Shown here in pieces: positions 15,902 through 25,914 of a DNA stretch of 39,639 nucleotides. The notes beneath the pieces are model-generated. The model was not told the origin of the DNA and made no database searches. It saw only the letters and a program-made list of their open reading frames with translations. The DNA comes from an uncultured bacterium. GTDB taxonomy: Bacteria > Spirochaetota > Spirochaetia > B11-G9. Positions within the stretch are counted from its first letter, which is position 1. Each line of letters opens with the position of its first letter. Both the position numbers and the translations under genes were made by a program. The stretch is taken from positions 1 to 39,639 of the forward strand of contig CBDVAD010000001.1 of the NCBI GenBank assembly GCA_965371875.1, given 5' to 3'.

Positions 15902-18075
15902 TGAGAAAATTATTTTTTATATTACTATTGCCTGTAACTGTCATTTTGCTGCCTGCTCAGGAAATAAAGCAGATGGAATTTGTAAACCAGTCGATAAAGG
16001 ACATCCTGTTTACTCTTGCACAAACAACGGGTAGTTCCATTATCGCCGATGATACTGTGGATGGGGATGCATCATATTATTTTACTGATACCGATCTTGA
16101 TACTGCTCTGGAGCATTTTCTTTCCCACTATGACCTCTATTTCTGGAAAAAAGATGGAATCTACTACGTTTCAAAGATTATGGTGAAATATAATGAGACT
16201 ACCAGCGCATTAACACTTTTTGCAAAGGATGTGGAGCCCCGATTGATCTTTGAGAAGATATCAAAAGAAATAAAGTCTACTATTCTTTATGATGCTCTTC
16301 CCCGTGATTTGCTGACGGTAAACGCTGATGCCCTTCCTGTGGACAAAGTAATAGAAATTGTAATGCGTCGTTTTACAGACTATGAAATTGAAAGCCTTGA
16401 TGACTACATCTATGTAAAGAGACGATTGGTTGAACGGGGTGTTTCTCCCGAAAGGACTGCCGGTACAATTACTGCTTCTATTAATGGGGACAATAGTCTT
16501 TTTTCAATTTCAGTGGATTCAATACGTTTGTCTGATGCATTATCACAGCTTTTTTCAGAATCAGGATATGAATATTCAATGATGAAAAGAGGGGATTCTG
16601 TTCTGGAAAACATCCATTTCAAGAAAAAGTCGTTTGATGAATTATTACATCTTTTACTGGAACGGAGTGATGGAGATTTTACTGTACGTAAGGGTATCTA
16701 TTATATCTTTGATGTTTCCAGGAACGAAATCCTTAAAAAACTGGACAATGTTGAATATATAAAGCTGAACAATATTCCTGTTGAACTTCTTCCCACACTG
16801 TTTCCTTCGGGGCTTGCAAGTTCTTCTATTTTTAAGATCGACAAGGAAAATAATGCAATTATTCTTTCCGGCAGCTTCGAAGAAATTGGTCCTGTAAGGG
16901 AGTTTATTGCAAAAATAGAATCTGAATATGAAGAAAAACAGGTATCAAAACTTTATCTTTCTTTTCTTACTGTGGATGAGCTTTTAAAGCTGCTTCCTGT
17001 CCGTTTGCAGAAACTTCAGATTACTAGAACAGGTAGTTCCCGGGTATTGATTCTTGAAGCAGCAAAAAAGCTTTCAGATGACTTTTTCTATTATGCAGGG
17101 ATGATCGACAGACCGAACGAAGGGCTTGCCATACACCTTAAATATATAAGGGCGGAAGATCTGTTAAAAAATCTTCCCCCATCTGTCAGTGAAAATGATA
17201 TTGTCAAATCAGCTGACCCAAACATGGTCTTTTTTAAGGGTTCTAAAGATAAGCTTAATCGATTCCTTAAGGACCTGGAATATATTGATAAGCCTATTCC
17301 TCAGATTAGGTATGAACTTCTTGTTGTGCAGTATCAGGAAAGTAAAAATAAAGAATTTGGTCTTACTGCCAGTAATGAGATAATGCAGGAGGGAGCACAG
17401 ACTTCCATTCTTGGGACACTGGGCAATCTTATAAATCTGAATCTTGATATTGTGACAACTTTTGGCTATCTGTTTGCCATAGATCTAAATGCTAAAATAA
17501 GTGATACGGAAGCGAGGATCATGGCCGACACTACCCTGAATGGTCTTACAGGTGAGGATATCAGTTTTCAGAACACCAATACCTACAGATACAGAGATAT
17601 GGAAATTGACCCTGATACAGGTGAAGCACAATCGACAGGTGTAACCCGTGAAATTACGTCCGGTCTTATAATCAGCATAAACGGCTGGGTTTCCGGTGAC
17701 AATATGATAACAATGGATGTGAAGTCCACAGTTTCAAAGAGGGGCGCAGATGTCTCATCTTCAACAGGAAATCCTCCTCCTACTTCAGAGAAGGTTATAA
17801 GTACTCATGTACGCACTCCATCTGGGAAGCCTGTGATAATTAGCGGCCTTCTTCAGCAGGAAAGGGATGTAATTCTTCAGAAAACCCCCATTCTAAGCAG
17901 CATCCCACTTCTGGGATGGCTGTTTACAAGTGAAGTTGAAACATCCACGAATACAGAATTGATTATCTATATTGTTCCCTATATTGAATATCCTGAACGT
18001 GAAAGGCTTGCGAGTGACAAGATCTTTAAAGACTACTATAAGAGTTTTTTCGAGGGAAAGAGTTCATGGAACTGA
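15901..18075 (+). CDS. gspD: Secretin (GspD/PilQ family)
   Basis: The ATG overlaps the peptidase TAA. Signal peptide MRKLFFILLLPVTVILLPAQE. C-terminal secretin domain '...SGLIISINGWVSGDNMITMDVKS...VRTPSGKPVIISGLLQQE...KTPILSSIPLLGWLF...TELIIYIVPYI'. Confidence 0.92.
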   Translation: MRKLFFILLLPVTVILLPAQEIKQMEFVNQSIKDILFTLAQTTGSSIIADDTVDGDASYYFTDTDLDTALEHFLSHYDLYFWKKDGIYYVSKIMVKYNETTSALTLFAKDVEPRLIFEKISKEIKSTILYDALPRDLLTVNADALPVDKVIEIVMRRFTDYEIESLDDYIYVKRRLVERGVSPERTAGTITASINGDNSLFSISVDSIRLSDALSQLFSESGYEYSMMKRGDSVLENIHFKKKSFDELLHLLLERSDGDFTVRKGIYYIFDVSRNEILKKLDNVEYIKLNNIPVELLPTLFPSGLASSSIFKIDKENNAIILSGSFEEIGPVREFIAKIESEYEEKQVSKLYLSFLTVDELLKLLPVRLQKLQITRTGSSRVLILEAAKKLSDDFFYYAGMIDRPNEGLAIHLKYIRAEDLLKNLPPSVSENDIVKSADPNMVFFKGSKDKLNRFLKDLEYIDKPIPQIRYELLVVQYQESKNKEFGLTASNEIMQEGAQTSILGTLGNLINLNLDIVTTFGYLFAIDLNAKISDTEARIMADTTLNGLTGEDISFQNTNTYRYRDMEIDPDTGEAQSTGVTREITSGLIISINGWVSGDNMITMDVKSTVSKRGADVSSSTGNPPPTSEKVISTHVRTPSGKPVIISGLLQQERDVILQKTPILSSIPLLGWLFTSEVETSTNTELIIYIVPYIEYPERERLASDKIFKDYYKSFFEGKSSWN

Positions 18076-19568
18076 CAGAAGAGATGCCAGAAGAAATAGA
18101 CGGCGTATTAGTTTCAGATTTCCTGCCTCTTCCTGATGAGAAGAATCAATACAGTTCTGATTTTATAGAAACCCATTCGGCAATTGTTTTAAAGACAGAT
18201 GATATTTCCGTTACCATCGGTATCTGCAGCCCTGGCAACACTGAGTTAAGAGAAACACTTTTTCATTTTCATGATAAGAAGATTATATATAAGCAAATTG
18301 ATCATGATGAACTCTCAGAATATCTTGGGAAACTTCACGGGGGACTTGATGATCAGAATCTTTCAGCGGCTTCTTCGGTCAATGAAAAACTGCTCCTTGA
18401 TAAAATTGCCAATGATGCGCCTATAATCAATTTTGTAAATAGTACTATCATTGAGGGAATTCGCAAAAGGGCATCGGATATTCATATCGAAACCTTTACC
18501 GATACTGTTAAGGTCCGGTACCGGATCGATGGAGTCCTCCAGACAGTCAATCAGATATCCCCTTCCATGTTTCCGGCAGTATCATCACGAATCAAGATAA
18601 TGTCTAATTTGAATATCATGGAGCGAAGGCTTCCTCAGGACGGTAGAATATCGGTCCATCTTGGGGGAGATACTCAGGATATTCGTGTTTCTATTGTCCC
18701 GACAGCGAGGGGTGAATCTATTGTTCTCCGGTTGTTAAATAGAAAAAGTGCACTTATAGGACTTGATGAAATAGGCCTCCGGAATAAGGGTCTCATCGAT
18801 ATCAGGAAAATGCTTAAAACTCCTTTTGGTTTGATTCTCGCTACCGGCCCTACAGGAAGCGGAAAAACTACCACCCTGAACTCCATGCTCCGGGAGATGG
18901 ATAGTGAGAGTCAGAAAATAATAACAATAGAAGACCCTATTGAATATGTGATCGACGGCATTGATCAGATTCAAACTAATGAAGCTATAGGACTTACTTT
19001 TACAAGTATTCTAAAACGTATTCTTAGACAGGACCCGAATATTATAATGGTCGGTGAGATAAGAGACCAGGAAACTGCAGATCTATGTATCCGTGCAGCT
19101 TTGACGGGGCACCTGGTTCTTTCAACACTTCATACAAATGATGCTGTCTCTGTAATAGACAGGCTTCGGGATATGGGCATTGAGCCTTTTATGATTGCTG
19201 CAGTTCTTAAAACATCCATGGCACAGCGACTGGTAAGAAAATTGTGCCCTGACTGCATGAAGAAGAGGAAAATCGGTTCTGCTGAGAAAGAGTTCTTCAG
19301 GGAAACCGGAAGCATACCTGAATACATCTTTGATGCAGTTGGATGTGACAGCTGCGATGGAACAGGGTATCATGGACGGACACTTATTCATGAGTATTTT
19401 TCCTGGGATGAAGAGATTGAACGTCTGATTGCAGCAGGCGCAAAACATTCTGAGATAAAAGCATATTTGAAAAAAACGGGAATGGTCACTTTATTTTCAG
19501 ATGGTCTTATAAAGATAAAAGAGGGTATGACTACCCTTGCAGAGCTTGAAATGGTAATGACAGTCTGA
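18066..19568 (+). CDS. gspE: Type II secretion / type IV pilus assembly ATPase (GspE/PilB family)
   Basis: 'DIHIE', 'RYRIDGVL', 'LPQDGRI', Walker A 'GPTGSGKTTT', 'IMVGEIRD', 'TGHLVLSTLHTND' and a tetracysteine motif CPDC...CDSC. Confidence 0.95.
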   Translation: MELTEEMPEEIDGVLVSDFLPLPDEKNQYSSDFIETHSAIVLKTDDISVTIGICSPGNTELRETLFHFHDKKIIYKQIDHDELSEYLGKLHGGLDDQNLSAASSVNEKLLLDKIANDAPIINFVNSTIIEGIRKRASDIHIETFTDTVKVRYRIDGVLQTVNQISPSMFPAVSSRIKIMSNLNIMERRLPQDGRISVHLGGDTQDIRVSIVPTARGESIVLRLLNRKSALIGLDEIGLRNKGLIDIRKMLKTPFGLILATGPTGSGKTTTLNSMLREMDSESQKIITIEDPIEYVIDGIDQIQTNEAIGLTFTSILKRILRQDPNIIMVGEIRDQETADLCIRAALTGHLVLSTLHTNDAVSVIDRLRDMGIEPFMIAAVLKTSMAQRLVRKLCPDCMKKRKIGSAEKEFFRETGSIPEYIFDAVGCDSCDGTGYHGRTLIHEYFSWDEEIERLIAAGAKHSEIKAYLKKTGMVTLFSDGLIKIKEGMTTLAELEMVMTV

Positions 19569-20770
19569 TGAACAGGTATAAATGCACGGTTTCTGATAAG
19601 AACGGGAAGATCCTGAAATTTGTCCGCCAGGGCAGCTCTCCTGCAGCCATTCAGTCAGAACTTCAGAAGGAAGAGTACTTCCCTATTTCCATTCGGGAGC
19701 AGGCTGCAAAGAACACCAAAGGACAAGCCTATAGCTCAAAAAAGACAATTGCCGAATTCACTGCTCTGTTATCAATGCTTCTTGATTCAGGCTTGAGTGT
19801 AAAGGATGGGCTTGAAATCCTGAAAACAATTACTAAGGATATTAAAGTCAACGCTCTGGTTTATGCAATAGAAAAAGACTTAAAAGCCGGTTCTTCATTT
19901 TATTCAAGTATCAGGAATATAGGTCCCTCACTTCCTGCTATATATTCGAGTATGGTAAAGGTAGGTGAGACGACCGGAGATATCGCTTATGTATTCCGGA
20001 AGATTAATGATTATCTTATCAGGCAGAAAAGAATAAGTGAGAAGCTTGTCAGTTCATTGATCTACCCTGTTATTGTGTTGTCTGTTGCCGTATTCAGTAT
20101 GATACTTATTTCAACATTTATCATACCTAAAATGTCGGAAATATTTATCGATCTCGGTTCCGGTGTTCCCGATGAGGTCAGTCAGGTTCTTTCATTTTCG
20201 AAGGGAATTTTTACTGGTTTTCTTATTACAATTCCTCTTGTAGTAATCTTAGGTGTTGTCATATCTGCGTTTCGGAAAAGAAATAGTAATTTTGCGGTTA
20301 CTGTCGATTGGTTGAAACTTAAAGTGCCTTTTATTGGATCTTTCAGTGAAGATAATCACTTCCTGAACATTCTGTTTACTTTGGATGCGCTTACATCCTG
20401 CGGTGTAACCGTGGAAGATGCCCTGGCCGAGGTCACGGGTACTGCTGACAATGCAGCTATAAAGGAAGCATTTATCCTCGTCCATGAGAAAGTTCTTAAA
20501 GGTACCAGTCTTTCGATCGCTCTCTCTGATGAGAATATTATCCCTCTCAGAATTTCCAAATGGATTTCTGTTGGAGAGAGAACCGGCAGTATGAAAAAAG
20601 TTTTCGGCCAGTTGTCGGATTATTATGAGAATGAACTGGAGAAGAAATCGACGAGATTTATGAGTCTCATAGAACCTGCTCTAATAATATTTACAGGGGG
20701 AATAGTGTTTGGAATTGTGATGATGGTAATTATTCCCCTGTTTTCTACTTTCGGGACAATCCTGGAATGA
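19568..20770 (+). CDS. gspF: Type II secretion platform protein (GspF/PilC family)
   Basis: 400 aa with a duplicated T2SSF-type architecture: two soluble repeats ('LSMLLDSGLSVKDGLEIL', 'LFTLDALTSCGVTVEDALAEV') and three TM segments. ATGA/TGATG start-stop overlaps with both neighbours. Confidence 0.92.
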   Translation: MNRYKCTVSDKNGKILKFVRQGSSPAAIQSELQKEEYFPISIREQAAKNTKGQAYSSKKTIAEFTALLSMLLDSGLSVKDGLEILKTITKDIKVNALVYAIEKDLKAGSSFYSSIRNIGPSLPAIYSSMVKVGETTGDIAYVFRKINDYLIRQKRISEKLVSSLIYPVIVLSVAVFSMILISTFIIPKMSEIFIDLGSGVPDEVSQVLSFSKGIFTGFLITIPLVVILGVVISAFRKRNSNFAVTVDWLKLKVPFIGSFSEDNHFLNILFTLDALTSCGVTVEDALAEVTGTADNAAIKEAFILVHEKVLKGTSLSIALSDENIIPLRISKWISVGERTGSMKKVFGQLSDYYENELEKKSTRFMSLIEPALIIFTGGIVFGIVMMVIIPLFSTFGTILE

Positions 20771-21885
20771 AAATTAAATTGTTTTACTATAATAGTAATG
20801 GCTTAGATAGAAATTTGATAAACCTTTGCGGTACTACTCCTGCGGGTAGGATAGAGCCAAAACAAAAGTTTTATATACTGCCTGACAGACAGATGAGCTT
20901 TGCAAAAATACTGAATTTACCTCCGGTCGCGGTCAATAAACTCCGTGATATGGTTCGCTATCAGATAATTAAAATTTATCCGGGCGGCAGTAAAGATGTA
21001 TTCTTTGATTTCATCCCCTTTAAAACTGAGGCAGGATGGAAGATTGTTCTATACATTCTTAAGAAGAAGAACATAAACGAAGCTATGGGTAATAAAAGGT
21101 TTAGGGGTATTGTTTTACCTCTGCAGCTTCTGTTTAAGATGGAATTACAAAGTATCTCTACTCTTATTATTTTTTATCCTGATATGGTGGAGATATGGAA
21201 GTTTGTAAATGGAATCCCGGAAAGAATAGAAAGGCATGATCCGGAAGGGTTTTCTGTTCAGGATTCACTGTTATCAGAAAACGAAATATTCAATCCTGAA
21301 AAACTTATGACCATTTACCCCAATAATGAAATGCTGGAATGGGAAAGAAAGAACGGCAGGACAAAGAAATTTTCTGAAACTCTGGATTCCATCAGAAATG
21401 ATACGATCTATTTCCATGAATTAAGGGTAACAAAATCTGATAAAATAACACCGATTATTACCATTACTGCTTTCATCATTTCCCTCCATCTATTAGCAAT
21501 GACCGTCTTGAAGCAGCAAGACCTTGTAAGAGCAGTGACTGAGGTAGATTCACAAATTACAGATGTTCGTATGGAGACCGTACATAACCAGAAAGCCCTT
21601 GGAATAATTGAAAAACTGGATGATGAGTTAAAACAGATCAGGGGAAATGCTCCAATAAATGTCTATAATCTCCTTCTTCGAACCAGAAAGGTAATAGATT
21701 TAGATTCTCTATTATTATCATTTACACTTAAAGGTATGGACCTGACTCTGACTCTTAGAAGTAGAAGTGCACTTAGTGATTTGGAAAGTATTAAGGAAGA
21801 GTTTGGTAATGTAAGAGCATCCAATATCCGTACCCTGGAGGATGGTAATAAAAGTTACACAGTCTGGGTTGAGATAAAACAGTGA
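20767..21885 (+). CDS. Bitopic assembly protein, GspL- or PilM/PilN-like (tentative)
   Basis: 372 aa with a cytoplasmic N-domain ('LNLPPVAVNKLRDMVRYQIIKIYPG'), a single TM helix (ITPIITITAFIISLHLLAMTVL) and a periplasmic C-domain. The call rests on position and topology only. Confidence 0.45.
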   Translation: MKIKLFYYNSNGLDRNLINLCGTTPAGRIEPKQKFYILPDRQMSFAKILNLPPVAVNKLRDMVRYQIIKIYPGGSKDVFFDFIPFKTEAGWKIVLYILKKKNINEAMGNKRFRGIVLPLQLLFKMELQSISTLIIFYPDMVEIWKFVNGIPERIERHDPEGFSVQDSLLSENEIFNPEKLMTIYPNNEMLEWERKNGRTKKFSETLDSIRNDTIYFHELRVTKSDKITPIITITAFIISLHLLAMTVLKQQDLVRAVTEVDSQITDVRMETVHNQKALGIIEKLDDELKQIRGNAPINVYNLLLRTRKVIDLDSLLLSFTLKGMDLTLTLRSRSALSDLESIKEEFGNVRASNIRTLEDGNKSYTVWVEIKQ

Positions 21886-22373
21886 AAAAGAAAATTATTG
21901 TTTTTATATTTATTACTCTGGCTGTTATAAATACTTTTTCAGCAGGATTCTGGATATGGGACATTGGACAGAAAATGGAACTCCTTGAGCAGAAGAAAGA
22001 GAATGCCCTGGAATTGGATAGTTCTATTTATAATAACACTTCTTTAAAGCTTGTAATTTCAAAACTGGAGGAAGAAGTATCTGTAGAAAAAGCTTTTATA
22101 CGTGAAGACAGGGAATTTAATACACTTAAAATGACCGAAGAAGTTCTCCTCCTTCTTAAAGAAAATAGAATCAAGGTGATTAGCTACCGTCTGGAAGGTG
22201 AAGAAAACAGAGAAGAACTTGCCCTTACTGCCGAAGGAAAGCCAGGGTCGATTATAAAATTGATTTATGAGCTCTCTTTTTCTAAAAAAGGATATCGTAT
22301 TAATTTTGTTAAGATAGATGCAAAATCCCCGGGGGAACAGTCTACACTCGTAATCAGGATTACATATGCATAA
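21882..22373 (+). CDS. Small bitopic protein, GspM/PilO-like (tentative)
   Basis: 163 aa with an N-terminal TM helix and then a coiled-coil-like segment. GTG start overlapping the upstream stop. The call rests on position and topology only. Confidence 0.4.
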   Translation: MKKKIIVFIFITLAVINTFSAGFWIWDIGQKMELLEQKKENALELDSSIYNNTSLKLVISKLEEEVSVEKAFIREDREFNTLKMTEEVLLLLKENRIKVISYRLEGEENREELALTAEGKPGSIIKLIYELSFSKKGYRINFVKIDAKSPGEQSTLVIRITYA

Positions 22374-22836
22374 TATCAATCTGCAAGGTCTTTTGCGATC
22401 TGTTTCTATAATAATTATTTCTTTGGTTGTTTTTCTCTATATTGGGCTTACTGTCTTCTTAGCGGATATTATTTTAGAAAGTAGTAATTCACAACCCCGG
22501 AAAGAGTATGAATATAGAGACAGTGCAAAGGGTACGAGTGTTCCGGAATTTACATATAACCTTGAATCACTTTTTCTAAAACAGTTGATTCCGGTGATAG
22601 TTGAAACAAAAATTGTAACTGAATCTATTCCCCCTGTGGCTCCTCCCTCATTGCAGTTTGTGGGAATGATTGAAACTGACGAGGCAATAATTTATTCCTT
22701 CCGGAATATGGATACAAACAGACTGCTTCTTCTTGAGGAAGGAGTTGAAATGGCAGGTATCACACTGCTTTCTGTTGAGTCGACAGGATATACATTTAAG
22801 AATAATGAAATTACATTCCAGGTGGATAAGAAATGA
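22366..22836 (+). CDS. Small bitopic protein, GspC/PilP-like (tentative)
   Basis: 156 aa with an N-terminal TM helix. The C-terminal 'LQFVGMIETDEAIIYSFRN...LLLEEGVEMAGITLLSVES' resembles the secretin-contacting beta-domain of GspC/PilP. Confidence 0.4.
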   Translation: MHNINLQGLLRSVSIIIISLVVFLYIGLTVFLADIILESSNSQPRKEYEYRDSAKGTSVPEFTYNLESLFLKQLIPVIVETKIVTESIPPVAPPSLQFVGMIETDEAIIYSFRNMDTNRLLLLEEGVEMAGITLLSVESTGYTFKNNEITFQVDKK

Positions 22837-23552
22837 AGAGATATATTTACAGTTTATTACTGATTATTACATTAGTTTCCGGTTGTAAGAGTGTGGATGC
22901 TGGTGGTTTCAGCCAGTTTTCTGAGGCTCCCTTATTTGGAATGATTTATGATTCGGAAAGTTCCCCCGTTGTCGGAGCGCGGGTATTGCTTGATGATGAA
23001 AAATATTCTCAAACTGACATAAACGGAAGGGTTCTGTTCAGTGCAGTATCCCGTGGGGATCATTCTGTTGTGATAACTAAAGAGGGTTTTGAAGAAGTGC
23101 AGATGGTCCTGAACTTTTCAAACAGGGACCAGGTTCTTTATTCTACTCTCATTTCGATTGAGAGTATCCTTGATAATCTTGAGAACGCTTTGAATATTGG
23201 TAAAATGACAGAGGCGAAGTACTTTCTGGAGAGAGCATCCAAAATCAATTCAGATGATATCCGTTTCAAATATCTGAATGTTGTATATCTTTCGGAAATA
23301 AAAGAATACACAAGGGCCCTTGAGGAGATAGATTTATTAAGAAAAACTCATCCAGGGGACCCTTATATTATTATGACCCAGGCTAAAGTACTTTTCTATG
23401 GACTAAATAAGAAGGCAGAAGCATTGGAACTGCTGCAGAATTTTACTCCGCCAAATAGAAATGAGGAGTTTGAGAGCCTTATGGAAGAAATGGCATCCGA
23501 AATAAATACAGTAGAAATAACGAAAGAGACAACAGGGGAAAATAATGACTGA
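22833..23552 (+). CDS. Lipoprotein with carboxypeptidase-regulatory-like beta-sandwich + TPR repeats (candidate secretin pilotin)
   Basis: Lipobox LVSGC. 'GARVLLDDEKYSQTDINGRVLFSAVSRGDHSVVITKEGFE'. TPR-like helices 'AKYFLERASKINSDDIRFKYLNVVYLSEIKEYTRALEEIDLL'. Confidence 0.6.
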   Translation: MKRYIYSLLLIITLVSGCKSVDAGGFSQFSEAPLFGMIYDSESSPVVGARVLLDDEKYSQTDINGRVLFSAVSRGDHSVVITKEGFEEVQMVLNFSNRDQVLYSTLISIESILDNLENALNIGKMTEAKYFLERASKINSDDIRFKYLNVVYLSEIKEYTRALEEIDLLRKTHPGDPYIIMTQAKVLFYGLNKKAEALELLQNFTPPNRNEEFESLMEEMASEINTVEITKETTGENND

Positions 23553-24030
23553 AATTAAGTTTAGAGCCAATATTAAGACCAGTATTAAAAAACTAAAAGC
23601 CTTGATAAAGAATGAAGATGGATGGACTTTCGTTGAAACTCTGATAGTTATCTCTATTGTTTTAATTCTTACAAGTACTGTGGGTTTCATGGCTTTCAGG
23701 TATGTTGGCAAAGCCAAAATAGTTGCGGCCAAAACGCAGATAGAAAATCTTTCCATGGCTTTAGATACCTATTTCATGGATAACATGCGCTACCCTATAG
23801 AGGAACAGGGACTTGGAGCCTTATGGGAGAAACCCATTCTTGAACCGATACCAAAGAATTGGGACGGACCATATCTTAAAAAGAATCTTGCGAAGGACCC
23901 CTGGGAAAATGATTATGAATATGTAGTACCAGGGCCCAATGGATTACCTTATGGAATAAGCTCTCCTGGAGCAGATGGAACACCAGGAGGTGAAGGAGAT
24001 GCAAGGGATATCACTTCCTGGGAGAATTAA
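23545..24030 (+). CDS. gspG: Type II secretion major pseudopilin GspG
   Basis: Prepilin N-terminus '...NEDG|WTFVETLIVISIVLIL' (Glu at +5). T2SS-G signature 'AKTQIENLSMALDTYFMDNMRYP' and 'DPWENDYEYVVPGPNG...SPGADGTPGGEGDARDITSW'. Confidence 0.93.
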   Translation: MTEIKFRANIKTSIKKLKALIKNEDGWTFVETLIVISIVLILTSTVGFMAFRYVGKAKIVAAKTQIENLSMALDTYFMDNMRYPIEEQGLGALWEKPILEPIPKNWDGPYLKKNLAKDPWENDYEYVVPGPNGLPYGISSPGADGTPGGEGDARDITSWEN

Positions 24031-24031
24031 A

Positions 24032-24232
24032 TTGAAAGGGTCTAAATCGACGGAGGGTTTTTTTCTTCTGGATGCTGTTATATCCCTTCTTGTTGTCTCA
24101 GTTGTTATTATTGAAATTCTTGTATTTGCCCTCAATGCCGGAGGTTCCGCGGTAAAAACGAATGTAAAAATTACCAGATCTATTGAAACAAGAAACAGGA
24201 GTGCTGTTGAACTTTTTGAAGATCAGAACTAA
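24032..24232 (+). CDS. Small minor-pseudopilin-like protein (tentative)
   Basis: A TTG start after GGAGA gives 'LKGSKSTEG|FFLLDAVISLLVVSVVIIEIL' (Asp at +5). Track ORF 23975-24232 begins inside gspG. Confidence 0.4.
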   Translation: MKGSKSTEGFFLLDAVISLLVVSVVIIEILVFALNAGGSAVKTNVKITRSIETRNRSAVELFEDQN

Positions 24233-24716
24233 CGAAGGGTTTACTCTGATAGAAACACTTATTGCCATTACTCTTGTTTCTCTGATAGGTATTCCTGTTT
24301 TTATGGTTTTTTCTGATACAGTTAGTTTTACCGGAAATGTTAAGGACCTTAATCGCTGGAATAAAGAGCTGATTCAGCTGGAAAGGGTTCTTAGAAAATC
24401 AGTTGGGGAAGTCGGGATTCCCTTCTGGATAAGTGATATTGAACTTACTGAGGAAGCTGGTAGTATGAGTGTTCCATACTGGAATGGGCAAGCAGACTCC
24501 TTTCTTGAAATGAAAACCCTGGATACAGCCTTTAAGATAACTACACCTGAGGGGAGTACAGTATTCAATGGATATGATGGAGTAGAGTTTGATATCCTTA
24601 AAGACATTGGGTCACGGACTATTGGATTATCCATCAATGTGAAAAAAACAAAAAGAGAAGATGTAAAATTCCAATGTACTTTCGGGGCCATTGGAAGAGA
24701 AGTATTTAATGAGTGA
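24183..24716 (+). CDS. Minor pseudopilin (GspH/I/J class not resolvable)
   Basis: Classic prepilin cleavage/methylation motif 'NEG|FTLIETLIAITLVSLIG'. A TTG at 24216 would give a conventional 8-aa leader (MKIRTNEG). Confidence 0.75.
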   Translation: MKQETGVLLNFLKIRTNEGFTLIETLIAITLVSLIGIPVFMVFSDTVSFTGNVKDLNRWNKELIQLERVLRKSVGEVGIPFWISDIELTEEAGSMSVPYWNGQADSFLEMKTLDTAFKITTPEGSTVFNGYDGVEFDILKDIGSRTIGLSINVKKTKREDVKFQCTFGAIGREVFNE

Positions 24717-24758
24717 GGTGCGAGACTCGCAGCACCGAACTAAAGTGAAAAATAGAAG

Positions 24759-25799
24759 ATGAAAGATACCGAGAACGGTTTTTCGAGTATACAGACAATG
24801 CTTATCCTCCTGATTTTGAGCCTCTCGGTATTAGGACTGAGTACAGGGATATCCCTGACTCAGAAATATTATCAAAAAAATGAAGCAATTCAGCAGGATC
24901 TCATTCTTCTAAAGGCAGAGGTTGCAGCAGTAATCAAACAGCTTGAAAGTGATCCCACACCGGAATCTGATTCCCCGACTGATCCTGTCTGGAGTTATAT
25001 CGAAGGCCAGTCGACTAAATATGAGTATATAAAGTTGACTGATGTATCAAGCAGAATCAATCCGAACTGGGTAAGATCTGTATTTTTTGAAAGAACTGAT
25101 CTTAAGAAATTTCTGTTAAACGGTGTTTCTTCTGATATGTTTAAAAACAACAGAGAGAAGGTCGGATACATAATTGATATAGAGTCCGGCTATTCTGAAT
25201 TGATAGATCCTGAAGCACTGGAAACCTTATTTACTCCTTACAGCTACCTGAACGTAAATACTGCCTATGAGTATGTGTTAAAGGACATGTATGAGCTTGT
25301 AACAGAGGATTCGGGTGGGGCGATAAGCTTTCATACTTTCATAGCAGGAGCATTGGCTGAAAAGCATATTATTACGGAAGAAGAACTTCTAAACGCTGCC
25401 GGAAGTGATTATGAAGCTATCTATCCTATAATAAGTACACTACCCGAAATGAATGTTCATTTTATTCCTGAGTTTATCCTGGAACAGGTGCTGGCCTATC
25501 CATATGGTGGAGAGGTTATTGATAATAACAGTTCAATTTACAATACTCTCCTTACCTTAAGAATGGGTAATGAAATTACTATGGTTGATTTGCAGGGTCT
25601 TATGGAAACCGAAGGCTTGCAGGAACGTGTATTTCATCATCTTGGAACAAAGACCTGGTTCTGGAAAGTGGAGATTGCTACTGAGCGTACTAAAATAGAG
25701 GCAATCATTATTTGTTTGCCTTTAACTGGAAGCAACTCTACAGAGAGTGGAATGAAACCGGATTACAGTTATAGGCTGTATGCTTTTAATATAAAATAG
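24759..25799 (+). CDS. GspK-like large minor pseudopilin (tentative)
   Basis: 346 aa. The N-terminus 'TENG|FSSIQTMLILLILSLSVLG' has a prepilin-like hydrophobic helix without an acidic +5 residue, as in GspK. It is last in the pseudopilin block. Confidence 0.45.
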   Translation: MKDTENGFSSIQTMLILLILSLSVLGLSTGISLTQKYYQKNEAIQQDLILLKAEVAAVIKQLESDPTPESDSPTDPVWSYIEGQSTKYEYIKLTDVSSRINPNWVRSVFFERTDLKKFLLNGVSSDMFKNNREKVGYIIDIESGYSELIDPEALETLFTPYSYLNVNTAYEYVLKDMYELVTEDSGGAISFHTFIAGALAEKHIITEEELLNAAGSDYEAIYPIISTLPEMNVHFIPEFILEQVLAYPYGGEVIDNNSSIYNTLLTLRMGNEITMVDLQGLMETEGLQERVFHHLGTKTWFWKVEIATERTKIEAIIICLPLTGSNSTESGMKPDYSYRLYAFNIK

Positions 25800-25828
25800 T
25801 TAAGTTATTTTAATAATGTTTCCTAATA

Positions 25829-25897
25829 TCTGAAGCAGCATCGTAAATTCACCAGTACTACAGTTATAAGAACCAAAAAAATTATTACAAGTGTGGT
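25829..25897 (+). repeat. 69-nt direct repeat, left copy (flanks the RAYT gene)
   Basis: TCTGAAGCAGCATCGTAAATTCACCAGTACTACAGTTATAAGAACCAAAAAAATTATTAC[A/T]AGTGTGGT. There is one mismatch to 26601-26669. Confidence 0.9.
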
Positions 25898-25914
25898 AAA
25901 GTGTGTGTGGTGGT

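Noticed and set aside
22059-24691. Minus-strand ORFs 22059-22379, 23403-23756, 23944-24135 and 24374-24691.
   Set aside because: They are antisense to the tightly coupled plus-strand T2SS genes (including the unmistakable gspG) and have no motifs or RBS.
24717-24736. Small hairpin ggtgc-gagactcgca-gcacc between the pseudopilin and gspK-like genes.
   Set aside because: It has only a 5-bp stem, no T-tract and no other copies seen. It is not distinguishable from chance.
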